Source of the DNA: Catajapyx aquilonaris
Lineage: Eukaryota
Reading direction: 5' to 3'
NCBI GenBank assembly: GCA_000934665.2
Contig: KZ538026.1
Coordinates: 62,001-126,000, forward strand
Length of the DNA stretch: 64,000 bases
Part shown: in pieces, positions 37,501 through 51,254 of the stretch
How positions within the stretch are numbered: the stretch's first letter is position 1
How the letters are laid out: each line of letters starts with the position of its first letter
Translations under genes and position numbers: made by a program
Notes under the pieces: model-generated
What the model was told of the DNA's origin: nothing
What the model saw: only the letters and a program-made list of their open reading frames with translations
Databases searched by the model: none

Positions 37501-40500
37501 GATAAGGGAACCTTCATATACACCCATATCGACACCGGACGATTGAATCCCATCCTCAACAGGGTGCTGCTGCGACCAGACATTTCCCGAGAGGAAATCT
37601 TGTAGCTGGTCCCATAGGCTGCTGAGTTCAGCAATCTGTGACGGATGAGATGTATAGGGGAGCCGAAGAGAGATTCAGTGAATCACCCTGTGGGAATCGC
37701 CGATGGAATGAAATGGGAGGTTGTGGAAAGTGTTATTTCCAGAGAAAACTCGTACACTAAATGGATTGTTCGCCGCAGAAACAAGATTAAGTATCTGTAA
37801 ACCGGAACGGAAATGGAAATGCAGATTATGGATCTATTTCTGATGCTTTTTAAAAGCAACTACGATATGGTTACCCACAAGAGAGCTTATGGATAATCCG
37901 GTCTATAATTGGACGGAAAAAAAATGTATAGGAAAGAAGATGTCTATGGGGAAATTTTCTCAACCCAGAAGACAATTCTGAAAGATTATCATGTTCCGGC
38001 TGGTATTTTCAGACAGACGAAATATTCACACTAATTGCTTCCTAAATATAAAAAATGATTGCTACTTTATAGGTAAAAATAGGCCTGTTTGAATTGAGGA
38101 GGAAGAAGCTTCTTGTGCTTACCAATTCAGATCTACACTACATCTTAACACTTTTTGAATTCATATTCTTCAATTTTTAGTTAGTAATTAGCTTGGAAAA
38201 CAATCGGCAGACCAGACATTGGAAAATAGATAATGACTCGGCTATTTAAACAATTACGGAAAACAAGTGCGGCACGTGTTTCCGAGAATGCTTTTGTGAC
38301 AAAGCGTTGGGAAACTTCAGTGATGCGCCTGTAATTAAGCTAATCACCCTGAAAGTCACCCAATATGCCAATTAAAATAATGAGTCCCGCCTATTTTCGC
38401 GTGGCATCAATTAGCTCATCAATTCTAATTAAACCGCATTAAATTACAACAAACGACGGAAAATGAGCCACAGTTTTTGTGTACAGTAGTTATGCTGCAG
38501 CATTTTCATGCATTTCTTGTCATTTAATGTAGTTTAATATTGCACGCAAGGGATGATTGTTATATAGGCACCAAAACCTTGTAATTACCTGCATTTTGTC
38601 AAGTCAAATTGCGTGGTACGCTCTATAAAAACTGTCCTTAAACCCGCTTCATAACAGGGAGAGCAACAATAATTACCCCATGAGGCCTTTAGCAGCAACT
38701 TCCTCATGTATTTATACGTCAGTATATCTGCGCAGCTCCTGCTCCAAAACACCGTCAAGCAGCACAAGAATAAACCGCAACTGACTGGTATCGTTCATTT
38801 TATCAGGCAAGAGCCCGAGATAAACTATAACACCCCAGCAATATATATACCCCCCCACACAGCAAGTTCCGATAAGCCCGAATGGGTCGCGGATAAAGAG
38901 TCTTCTCTTCTCCGGGTTGGAATTGACGCCTCGGTATAGGAAAAGGAGTGTGTTTAGCTGGAAGGATTCCACTGATTGACTTGGAAGCTTGCGAGGCTGG
39001 AGGAAGGAGAGAATCTCACGCCAGGATAAAGCGACGGAGGATTCATTTCCTAGTGGTCGATAAACTACCGGGGATATGCGAGGAACGTGTTCCAATTACC
39101 GCTTGTCCCATGCACTGAATATCTAAGGAGCGTTTGTACAAAGGCCGTTTCAGGTGACAGGGAAGGGGCAAAATTTTCGTCGCCTTCTAAAAAAAAATTA
39201 TTAATAACCGAGACCTGTCAGAAGATGAGGGGGTTGTAATTTTTGAGGTAAACAGGTGACGTGGCTCGAGAGTGAAATATGTGACACTTGGCGTGTGTAT
39301 AGGAGACAGCCTTTTAGTCCCCTGCACCTTTCTTAAGAGACAATGCCATTGTTTGGGCTGCGTCAATATCTGAAAGGTCCGGATATAAACACTGGACTTC
39401 GCACAAATGGACCAGTATCATTGCCAGTAAGGCCATGTCAATAGCACTTGCTAATCCCGCAGATTAACCTCTTAATTCGCATCTCTTGTCTCCCCCAGAG
39501 GCAATAACCTAAGACCTGGAGGGGACTGAACCCATGACATTGTTGACAAAAGGGGCTAGGATGAACATGTAGCTTGAAACCCCTTTGTTGAAACCGGATC
39601 TTACTGAAAAATAGTGCTCAATTTTTTTAAATTTTTTTTGGAAGGGTTGTACAGGCTGGCCCGGTTTTTGTAACAGATTGGTGCCGACACCAACACCTGA
39701 CCTCGGTTGTAAAACGAACCCCGGGAAAGGAAAAGCATCCTCCCCGGAACATTGATTACGGAGGTGGAGTTGGAAAATATATGGGGGGTGCCCCTCCCTT
39801 CCCGACCTCTTCCTCCTCTCTTGCAGCCTTGCTACGTTGAATTATTCAACCAACCAGTGGCATAGGTCCGTTGCACTGCCAACACACCACCAGGAGGTTC
39901 TCACCAGTCATCCCCAAAAAACCGAGAGGTTATAACTTACACGGAGAACTAGAGGTAAATACAAAAAAAAGACGGAATTGCAGTCGCGCGGAATTCCAGA
40001 CGAAATACCACGTGAAATAACTTCGCTACCAGCTGAAGGACCAAAATACGGCAAACAATCCAAATCCCAGTTTTCATAAAGACAACTCCAAATAAAATTT
40101 TCAGACTATCATTGCGCAGTAATCGCTTAATACGAAGCATATATTAGTACGTGAAAACTTACTTCAATTGGAATACGATATCAGTAGCCATACTTCAAGA
40201 TGTTCTTGACCCCCCCAAAAAAACTGGCACGAAATCATGCGATGAATACCAAATGACCTCCTCGTTTCTCCAAAAAAAAAGAGCAAGTTTTTTGGCATTC
40301 AGCGCAGATTTTTTTTTGCCAGTTTCTGCCATCTCCGCTGAGTATGATGACCACTCTTTGCACTTTTTTTTGGCTGCTAAGGTCATTTCTTGAGAGTTCG
40401 TTTCGAAGTGATCAAACTACTAAATAAATGTTACATGCTTTTTTCGTCATAAAAATGGCGAGAAATATTTTTGCAATTGAATTTTTAAAAAAATTACTGC

Positions 40501-41906
40501 CACCCTTACTATTGCAGCGAATCCGGATGAAGTACGTAACAATGGCCAGTTAGTCGTTTGATCTTCCCATGCCGGAAGCTGGTTTAACGCGCATTAAAAA
40601 GATTTGGAAAAAAAAGAGGAATCGAAGCAGATTTGCTCTGGATGATCCTTTCGGAAAAAAACGGTGTGATAACTTTGCTAATTTTTTTGTCGACGTAATA
40701 ATACGTTGAGCTGACTTTTCATACACAATATTCGGTGAAAAGGCAGCAGGCCATGACGCCGAAATGAGCTTCGGTTGGGATGGAGAAGATCAGAGTTCCG
40801 AAGCGCTTTAAAAAATTAATATCGTCAAAAAGTTGGGAAGGGGTGGGGGAGGATTTCGACTGGGAAAGTTTAAGTACGGCCATGATTAGTTTGAAAAGTT
40901 AATCTCGAAAATTGTCGGGACGACATGCAGCCTGGAGACGTGACGTCCTCACCAAAACTCTGTTGCTGCTGTGCACAGGGTGTAAATTAAGCCCAAAATA
41001 TTTTAAACCCCCCCAAAAAATTTATGAGCTACTAGTTTCGTTCCCCTCCCAACTTTTCAATGATGATGTGTTGTACCGGGGGCGTCAAATGGGCCGTTAC
41101 AAGTCTGGAATTAACGCTCTCATTTCGAAACTAGGTCCGTCTCTCGGCACCACATTACAGCAATTAAAATAATAACGATCGGACACAGTAGGCTCATTTA
41201 AAACGGCGTGCTTAAAAACTTTTGCTAAAATTCGCAGGATAATTCCGCAAAAGGGTACGTTCGTTGTATAATTTAAGACTGGTTAGATTTAATGTAAAGA
41301 AGATTACTGAGTGTTACAAAACGAAATGTTTGTGAAAGAGTGAGTGAGGTTTTTCCACATCTGGACACATCTAGAAGTAATTCGGATCTCTCTGCAGGTA
41401 CTGTACAAAGGTACAGTAGAGTCTGAAATCTGACCTCGATTGCTCGACTTACACCCATTTTGGTCCAGCAAGGCTCGTGTAGTCCGGCATAGCAGCCAAT
41501 TTGGATTACACAAAAGGCACCCCAAAAAAAAGAAAGGGTGCTCTCGACTTTCCTTTTTTTCTGTCCAGTCAATTTCCCTTCTCGTATTCTGGTAATGATA
41601 AAAGGAGAAGCAGCGGGTGTAAAGCGAGAGAAGCTGGCTAATTACGTCCCGAATGTTCCCTGGGCACAAAAGCTGCCATGTCGACGAATGCAAAGCCGTC
41701 GGATCTACTAATTGAGCAATGGACTCCAACCATTTTTTTCATTCCTTTTTTTTCTTTCTCATTATTCTGCCAGTTCCTCAATTGGATTTGGCAAAAGACG
41801 GAGCCTCCAACTCGGCCGCAATGTCTGATTCGATCGGTTTCCAGAAATCGCCTTTTCTCAACTTCCATCAGAAGCTCCAATTCGGATCGTTCTGCCTGTG
41901 TGTGTA

Positions 41907-41964
41907 CAGGGTGTACCAGCAATTTAAAAAAAATCGGTGTGTCCGATAGTGACTGACCACCTTG
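41907..41964. mobile_element. 58-bp TA-flanked mini-MITE, same family as 31447-31508
   Basis: Structure is TA-CAGGGTGTACCAGCAATTT...CACCTTG-TA. The left end matches the reverse complement of the right end of the 31447 element (CAGGGTGATCCAGCAATTT). Confidence 0.45.
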
Positions 41965-43105
41965 TACATGCAGTGACGATGTGTCCGAAGAGTGTCGGAA
42001 ATGCGGCTAAATTCCCCGAGAAAATAGGTTCTCCTCGGTGAATTTGCCTTTCCCTCGACTGATTTAACTCGTTTGTTTCTGCTCGGAAGCCATTACCGGC
42101 GGCGACGTTTTATACGTCCCCCTCCCCTATACCTCTCTCTTTTGGTTAGGTGCCGCGAGCAGGTGTCCCCTCAGGGATATGCTCTGACTAAAACACCCGT
42201 CCTTTCCACGTCCTGCTTGCCCATTGATTGGATCCGGAGCACAAGTGCTGGACACACCAGGGGGGACCATCCAACTGAATATTTGGATTCTCACTCTCTT
42301 AATATCCCAAAATCCCATCAGAAAATATGATTGAATTTTAAACAAGCTGTCCCTTAGAGCAACTGTTTCATTTTTTTACAAAACAGCAATGTGAAAATAA
42401 GCGGCTTTGATGCGGAATATACGTTATTTTTTAACAGTACGTTGTAAATCCGGCTGCGTCATTTCAAAGCTCCTCATATTTTTTTTGTCATTTGGACCAC
42501 AACTTTTTACAGCGTGAAAAACCTTTTGAACTTTGTTTCAAAATGCCGTCAAAGGCAACTTTTGGTACAGTTTGACACTATTTTCATCGCTAGGCCCCTC
42601 TAACAGCATAGCCGAAATGTTAAAGTTGCGGTGGGGGTTTTAACAACCGGAAAAAGTTTTTTCGGCGCATTATTATTACGAATGACTACACACATAAATC
42701 TTTAACTTAGCCGCTTAAAAATTACGTGGAATGTAGACGAAAAGTCCGGATTTTTAAGCAGGAAATATAGATAAATAAAATTTAATAAACAAACGGTAGA
42801 ATTTCAGTGGAAAGCAAATTAATGGAAATTCATGAAACCTTCCTAATTTTCTTTCATAACTTATGCAATATTACAATTGTTCCTTCCAGAAATGCGATCT
42901 TCATTGTCGTTTATAGTTGCAAACTATAGCAATGCACCACACTGTACTATATTCTATATTTATACCCACCGGCTATTGGCTTGATTCCCAAAAATAAACT
43001 TTAAAAAATGTGCCAAGGGCACTCCTGCCTAACACACAGCAATTCGAATTAATCAATGCAGGGTCACGTCCTTCAAGAGGGGGTTTTTGCCAGCGGGTCC
43101 CCCTT

Positions 43106-43118
43106 TGACCTTTGACCT
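43106..43118 (-). promoter_or_regulatory. Perfect DR1 nuclear-receptor element AGGTCA-A-AGGTCA
   Basis: The plus strand reads TGACCTTTGACCT. A third degenerate half-site (AGGGGA) follows at the same spacing. Motif match only. Confidence 0.35.
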
Positions 43119-44365
43119 TCATTAGCGCCGGTGGGCAAATTGCGCTCTCCCAAACTCTTTCATCCTCCATGTGATTCAATCTCGTCACGTTTTCCTATTG
43201 GTCATAATATCCTTTGGTGAGTTCTAAGGTAGGAAACACATTCATATGGATTCTGTTCCGATTTTTTTTTTTTTTTTCACCTGGAACATGGGGGTGGTTG
43301 GGTGGATTTTTTTTGGCTTTTAAAAGCGGCGTCACACCGTGCGACAAATTACGATGGCTGGAGTGTCACAACATGCCACCGGAATTGATGCCAAAGCCAT
43401 AGTTTCCGAGGGGCTGACTTCTGCATTCAATTGGAACATCAACAGAGAGGACGTGACCTGACAAACGCCTCTGATTATGGAACCCTTCCCCCCAAATATC
43501 ATCTGGGGGGGTGGGTGGATGGTATATAGACCAGGGGGGGGGGGGCAATATTGAAGCCATATATTATTACCGAATAAAGGCGGATCGTGCTCATTACGTG
43601 ACAGAATTCTGATGTAGATGACCCAGTTAAACAGCTGTGGTCAGTTTATAGCCCTGATATCAACTAATCGGAAGGACGACACACTGACCTCACCCTCTCT
43701 TTTTTTTAGCTTGAACTTATCAGAATGACCTGCACTTACCAGTCATATTCTTACTGCTGCCAAATCGTGTGTAAAAATAAGCCAGACAATACTGTGTAAT
43801 GTAACATGTTATTTTTAGTAGCCTAATGCTCTGGCGTGACTGTCGCTAATCAGTCACGGTGAATCCGGGGACAATCGACGTATCATGCGACAATCTTGTC
43901 GGGGGACATCGGGACCTGATTATTTTTTAATTAATGGATGCCGAATGTGTGGTTCGCTAAGTGAAATGCCAGCCAGGTATCGATATAATTCCAAGGTAAA
44001 CAACATGCAGGAAGCGCGCAATTAATTCACTACTAAAAATGTCCTTACTTGTATAGTTGAATGCATTCAAACTTGAGAGATTATATCATAAAGTAGACAG
44101 AGGTGCGATAATCATAAAATAAAAGAAGGTGACAGCGCATTTTATGCTAAATTACTCATTAATCCGGGTGGCCCCAATTCGAAAGCAAAGTTGGATTACA
44201 TGGAAGGGGAGATCTGACTGTGGGATTAGTTGAACTTATTCCCCTCTCACAGAAGTTGGTGATGCCAAAGGGACTGTGTTTTTTTGGGGAAGGGGTAGGG
44301 GGGGGGGGGAGAGAGACCCATTATGATGAACGCAATTACCATTCGTAGAAGAGGGGGGGGGGGGG

Positions 44366-44465
44366 NNNNNNNNNNNNNNNNNNNNNNNNNNNNNNNNNNN
44401 NNNNNNNNNNNNNNNNNNNNNNNNNNNNNNNNNNNNNNNNNNNNNNNNNNNNNNNNNNNNNNNNN
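44366..44465. other. Assembly gap (100 N) between poly-G tracts
   Basis: Run of N with G homopolymers on both sides. Confidence 0.99.
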
Positions 44466-47400
44466 GGGGGGGGGGGGGGGGGGGGGGGTAGGGGGCCTTT
44501 TTTCAGCTATAATTGGACCAATTGAAGCCCCCTTTCATTAACGAAGAGCTTCCCCACCCTTGTTTTATTTCAAACTCTCTGATATACCAACAAAAAAAAA
44601 GTTTCAGTTAGTAATACCCCCCACCCATAAGGGCACTTTGTTGTATAAAAATTAATGGCCGGAGCATACTTCATAGCGAAATTCGCACCACCTCATTAAT
44701 CTCCATTTATGAAAAGCCGTAATAAAAATATGAATTATGCTACATCACCCTACTTCCTACTTATACACGCGCATGTTTGTAGGGCTTGGGGAAAAAAAAT
44801 AATATTCCGCACTCCAATGTACAGTATGCATTAGCCCTACCCTGCCTCACACGATTTCCCACTAATGTGTCAGCAATATTTTAGCTGCCATCTGAAACCC
44901 AATGGTCCTTATTCATTCAATGCGGATACGTCGCGTGTTTTTTTTGCAAACTATTTTAAATAATACAACCACGGTCAGAAAAAATAGTAAGAAATTGCTT
45001 GTAATACTCGGAATAATTGGACGGTGTTATGCAATCTCAACCCACACAAAAGTCAAAATTAAATTAATCCCAGGAACATATACCCAAAGGATCGTTCTTC
45101 ATTCAGTTAAAATCAAGCTGGCGAAATCTGCATACTTCTGCCATAAATGACCGAACAGGACTCAATTAATTTTACAGACTGTGTGACATATTCTCATGTG
45201 GGTTAATTCATTATTGCATACACCGTACAATTGTTATATGAATCTTTTTCGTTGCTTTTCGTTTACAGCGAGCAATATCTTCATCTCCAGTAAAATTTTA
45301 ACCTTCGCCTTTTACGCAACCTAAAACGGGGGCATTGGTGGTATACCGACAAGGATAAGGCCCCTGATATTGCCGAAATCCGGCAATTGAAATCGTGATA
45401 TAAGGTCGCTATGTCCACGCCGTCAATTAGGATCGCCATTTGGGCCGATAAATTATCTCTAAAACCAAGAAAAAAAAGTGGGGGGGGGGGGGGGGNGGGG
45501 GGGTATAGGGCCTGGTATGGCAAACCCCGAAACGGCCCCGCCGTTTTTGGCCCGGATCATGCAAGAGCCGCATAAAACACAGATCCTTCCTCCTCAATCA
45601 CCGGAGCATTTTACGTCCCTTTGCGACTGATAAAAGCTTCGGCATGATGTAGTCGAGCGGTTTTAGGAGATTGCCCTTCACTCCGTCCCTTCGCTATATA
45701 CCTCAGGAACAAACCCAGAGATCCGTGAACTAAGAGTCCATTACTGGCCGCCTCTAACCTTGGCCGATCGCCGAAAGGCTGCAATTTACGGTCCAAAAAC
45801 TTTTCAGCCTTGCAAAAAGAACCGGGGCAGGAAAAAAAAGAGAGAGAAAAAATATATATTCTATGGTGGTTTAATAGCTACTAACATACGTCTAGAGTGC
45901 GCATGGTCAGTACTGGATATATGACAAGCACGTAGAGCGTTTATATCAATCCGTGCCCGAAGGCGCTGACACGTTTTATCCGGGCCTCGAAACTTCACTC
46001 ACGGGAATTTCCTATCAATGGCCTCAACTTCCAATAACTGGGAAGGGGGGAAAAAAAGTTTGGGGGGCATTGGCTCTCTGTTGTCTGACAGGCCATCATT
46101 TTTTGTGTTATTTTTAGGCTGCCATAAAGCAAACTTTTGTTTGCACTTTTTTTGATAGGGTGTTCCCTAAAGGGCATTGCAGTAATGATATGTTAGCATA
46201 ACCTTGTTGCGAAATCATACGTGATTGAAAAAATGATCAAATCAAGGTTTAAGTCTAGTAAGCCTCCAACAGAAAGCAGAAAGGAAAAGACAGCTTTTAA
46301 TGAGCACATACAGTGATTGCACCATATATTTGATACATGAGCCCAAAATGGACCTTCAAACAACCCATGATTTACCTTAGCGTAACTGTATCTTACAGAA
46401 TGTGGCTTATCCTGCACATCAAAGGCGTATAAGCTAATGCATTAGTTACAGTAACAGTGATATTATTATTCAGGAATGTCATCCAGGCTAATGAGTTATA
46501 ATGGTATGAATATTAATGTTTTTTTTCCAGCTGATGACACACTGCAATGGTTTATAGATATTGCTCAATGTATCTTCTCATGCGAAGCATAACTGCAATA
46601 CTGGGAGGGAATAATAATTTTGCATTGCAGCTCTGCACTGCACGTGAATTGTACAAAGGGCTACACGAGCAATAGCCGTTTCCAAGGAGCTCATTTTGCA
46701 AAACGATGCCATAAAAAGGACCGGTTATTAGAGAGTCGTGTACGTATATTCCGATGTCAGAGTAATAATACATTTCATGGAGCTAATGGGGGTTGGAAAT
46801 ATGGTTTTCCTCCCCTGTTGGCCAGTGGGTTTGGCGAGTGACACACCTTTTGAATATGTCACTTCCAGCCAATTCCTCCATCCGAGAGGCCCCCGTATAC
46901 AAAAAGAAACCCCTACAGAGTTAGAGGAAGGGTAAAAAAGGAACCTTTAAGCCTTCAAAGAGAAGTCTGTGCAATAAACTCCACGCATTCCCACAATAGT
47001 ATCCTGTCCTCTCCACCCTCCCAAAAAACCGATTCACTTTAACTCCCTCGGTTTTCTTCTATACATCTCCTCCAAGTCCCTTCGCCGCTTTGACATTTCA
47101 CCAGGCATGAAATTAGTGTCTGCTCTGGTCCTACCGTCTTCAGCTCCTCGCCTCTCGATGCAAAAGCCTTCAAAAGACACGCCGAGATGAACAGCGGCTC
47201 AGCTTTTCCCCTTTCGACGTGACGACAAATATGCCTGCGCTGAATACATGTTGAGGAGGTCGAATATCCGACCACATGGAGCGTGATGGATCAGAGAGCC
47301 ACGGATAAGCCACATATTATTAAGGCTAAAGTGCAAAAAAGAAATATTTGAATTTGCAATATCTTGCACTATCCATTGGGATGGCGCTGTAATGTACATA

Positions 47401-50400
47401 TTTTAACAGTATTCTGTGGATTTATAGTATGAATATCTGTATGCATTAACATCGTGTACAGAGCAATGTGGGGCCGCAATTTCGTCTGTCATCCAACCGA
47501 CCTGAGTACCTTCCAGTCCGTAACTGAATATTACATCAAGACACTGCATTAATACACGGGGAAATTCATTCCCTTTTTGCATATCAAATGTACAAAATCG
47601 AGCTCCGAAAAGCCGGGCAGAGAGGTAAAACGCCATGTAGAAAAGCCAATGCCCCCCTTCTCAAAAATAATATATCTTTGGATCTTTGCTTATTTGCTTT
47701 CACTTGGTACGCTCTACCAGGCCAAGCCCTATAGGTCACTTAGCCGGGGCTGCCAAAACAATCCGGAGGAAATCTAATATTAATAATACAAGAGAGCGGA
47801 TTCCGTGCTGCCCAGGGCAAGCAATCGGAGATCCAAATTTACCTCTATAGGAGAGTGGGTCACGTGGAATATTACCAATCGATTTCATTGCAGGATACCC
47901 ACCACTTTTTTGACCTAAGGTCTGTGTATCTACAGGGTGGTGCACTATACATTTCCTCCTATTGGCCTGTGGACTTATTGGGCAATTTTTCCCCTGAATG
48001 TACTGTGTAGGTGTCATTACCCGGTTGGTGCCGACACTACACAATTGCTTAACCGTCCGCATGAATCAATCTGCGATGGAAATATTGCACTGAAATATTA
48101 TGTGCGGCATATGGCACCTGTACGCGCTTCATATAGGGAGGGAGAATTTCGCAATGAATAATTCATCAGCTTATTACCTCGAACGAGCCAATTGTAGTGA
48201 CGGGTTGTTGAGCGATTAAGGGAAGTAGACAGGTGTGTTTAACCTTTTTTTTTTATTCACCTGTTCACGGAACCACTTTTTAATATCAATTCACTCGACG
48301 TCACTTTATTTTAAATAAAGTGAGCCATTTTGCTCAACTTTCGGACACGACGCACACTCACCCCCGGCTTCATTATCCGGCCTTAATTGGTTGAGAGCAA
48401 TTACGAGGTATCATTACCCTTTCAACCGAAATTGGTCGCTCCAATCAATGGATCGATGGACCGTCTCGCATGGCCACTGCAGCTCATGTCCCGATGATTT
48501 TTTTTGCACAAAAATTTCGCGAATTGGAGAATAAGCTCTGGGAGTAATGAAATTCCCCTCCATTCCCCCCCCTCTCCCCTCTGGGAGTGTGGCAAGTAGC
48601 TGAGGGAAACGTGTGGTGAGAGGGGCCACACGTTGCTGAAATTCACCACATGCACCACTCCCTTTAAAGGGGAAGTGTAATTGCCTAGGGTGTCAATCAC
48701 ACCGAGGGAGAATAAGAGTGAAATGTCTCGTTTTATTTTCAACACTGAAACTTTTTTTTTTTTGGGCGAGGAAATCCACAAAAAAAAAATTTTCGGGTGC
48801 GTGTCTCTCCTTGGCCCCTGGGTGTGGCATCATGCTACCCGGGTATCGATCACAGGAATGGTAGTAAGTGAACGGCATGTTTCTATTCCCCTCCAAGCCT
48901 CAGCCCCATTGCTCGTGGCAGTGTGGAAAAAAAAAAAAGATATATAAAGGAAAGAAAGAAAAGAAGTTTACGGGGCCAAAGCCCGCTGAGAAATCCGTTA
49001 CCTCTAGAGGATCAGGATAAAAGGAAGGTGTGCTTCTTCCCTTCTCTGCTTTGTTTCACGCTCAAAGGACACTGATTTAGAGCAACAACGGCAGCCAAAG
49101 GAAAATGTCGAGCGCAATTTTCTCGCGGGCAGAACTCTTGTTACGAGGTCGGATACTGTACAAGTTACAGCTTGACTAGCGTATATTTTAAGACGAAATT
49201 GTACTGCACCATTTTGGCTCCATTATGGTCAGAATGTCATTTTTAATTTTCGTTAGAAACACTTGAATGATAAGAAACATCCTGCGTGTTATGCACCTAC
49301 ACTGTAGATACCCAGTGATGTAATAGCTATAGAGCTTGATGTGTGAAGAGGTGCAGAAGTTAAGTGAATATTCGACGCACTTTTTATCAGAACCAACTAC
49401 TTTCACAAAGTGTCTAGGTATTGCTGAAAAAAAAATCCAAAATGTATCATTGAGGCGTTGACATGGAAAAGGGCGTAAGTCACAATGAGAAATGTGCCAC
49501 AAAAGGAAAACCGAGACTACATTTTAATAAACTGCTTAATTACTTTTGCTTTTTATGACTTTGTGTAACGAATTCAACAATAAGAAATCTTTTGTGTAAT
49601 AAAATATGCTTCAGGGTGTTCTCAAAACTGGTTTATTCCTTATATTTTTTTGACTTCCGCCCTTTCCCATGTCAACGCCTCAATTATATTTCAGATAGGC
49701 GTAACTTTTTTTTTAAGCTTTAACCCTTCCAGTGAAGCAATTTCTGGGAAGATAATTTCGTACAGTAGGCCTACCCAAATTGTGCAATTTACATTTTTGG
49801 CTGATATTTTATTCATACAAAAATATGTCAATAGGAAGTGATAATTTATGTCAATTGCGAAATTATTACTTGTGTTTCTTATATATGTATCACATTTTAT
49901 ACGATACATGTAAAACGTTTCGATGCTGTTACATTGTCTACTGCATCGTTTACCTACAACGAGGCGTGTAAATAGATTCCCCATACAAAATATTGATTCC
50001 AAATCCAGTTCCAAACGCCCAGAACTGACGTGCCTAATGTTCCGTCATTATTGCGGCAATATTAGCCTCCAGCTATGCAGGCAGGCGTAACACACACTGT
50101 ACTGCAAGGTGAAAATATGTGTGGTTTATCACACAATGTATCTACTCTGTTCAGGCCATAAAAGAATGCGTGAAGCTCCTAAAGCTGTATTACATATGTT
50201 TACTGTACACGTGGTTCCCCAGCATTGTTCAGAAACCTGCGTGAAACTGCCTATTGAGCGCGCGTGTCAGCTTCACCCCCCCTCTCTTTAGCCCTCCCCA
50301 ACAATGGAAAACACTTTGTGTATAGCCTTGGGGGGAGACGATTACTGCGCATGCAGACCTGTACTGCGTCAAAGCAGAGACCGGTTCCCCTTTGACGCCG

Positions 50401-50584
50401 GACAAAAACCGAGTGTGTCTGCGCAGATGTGTCCCCCTCAAAAAAAATTATTTTAAGGGACACCCCTTAAATCCTCCGCCAGCAGTCAAATGGCGCTCCT
50501 ATAGTGTCTGTCGCATGGGGATAGGGGGGTGAGCCCGCAGCATAAATCTGGCAACAGTGTCGGGGGGTGTCAGCGCAAGGCATT

Positions 50585-50600
50585 TGGCGCCATCTGGCCA
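50585..50600 (-). promoter_or_regulatory. CTCF-like motif
   Basis: The minus strand reads TGGCCAGATGGCGCCA, matching the YAGRTGGCGC CTCF core. Motif match only. Confidence 0.35.
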
Positions 50601-51254
50601 CACTGCGCCACAACAATGCAGGTCCATGCAACAAAAAAATAAAGTAAAAATCGTGCAGATGAAAATACCTCACCCAGGAAATCCATCCCGAATCGGTGAC
50701 CAGGGACGACCTTACGAGTTGACCTCCTTCACGCACTACACACACCACAACCCCCCTACACAGAGGTCCGAAAATTTTCCTTCCGATTTTTCACCGCATG
50801 CAGCAAAAGGCCCTACCCCCTAACTTGAGCGAAACCCCCGCACCAACTTCAATCTGTCGCAGAGCACCCCCGCTCCCCGCCTTCCCCCACCCCAACCTTT
50901 CCCCCTCCCCGCTCCCCCCTCCCTCCAACGAAATTCAGATCCGGTTTTAGGGACACTGCGCATGCGCGGACACGCCTCCCAAAAGGCGCTGATGCCACAT
51001 CGACCCATTTATATAAAACGCGTTGCACCAACTCCGGGCGAAAGAGAAGCGCCATTCATGCTGCGGAGGTGCCAGAAATTGGCTGCTGGTGGGGGGGACC
51101 TTCAAGTTGCAACAATTGGACATTGTTGGCTTCTTCCAAATCGGTCACTGTCGCAGTGGTGCATGACGCTAATTGACCACTCTCTATACCGATAAGCGCG
51201 GCGTTTAGCTTGATTGTCACTAAGAAGCTACGCTACATTTTGACGTTCAAGCAG

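Noticed and set aside
41638..41679. Minus-strand MAAFV as the missing first complexin exon
   Set aside because: It continues PREHSGRN-stop instead of AKQMVGN and has no suitable phase-1 donor.
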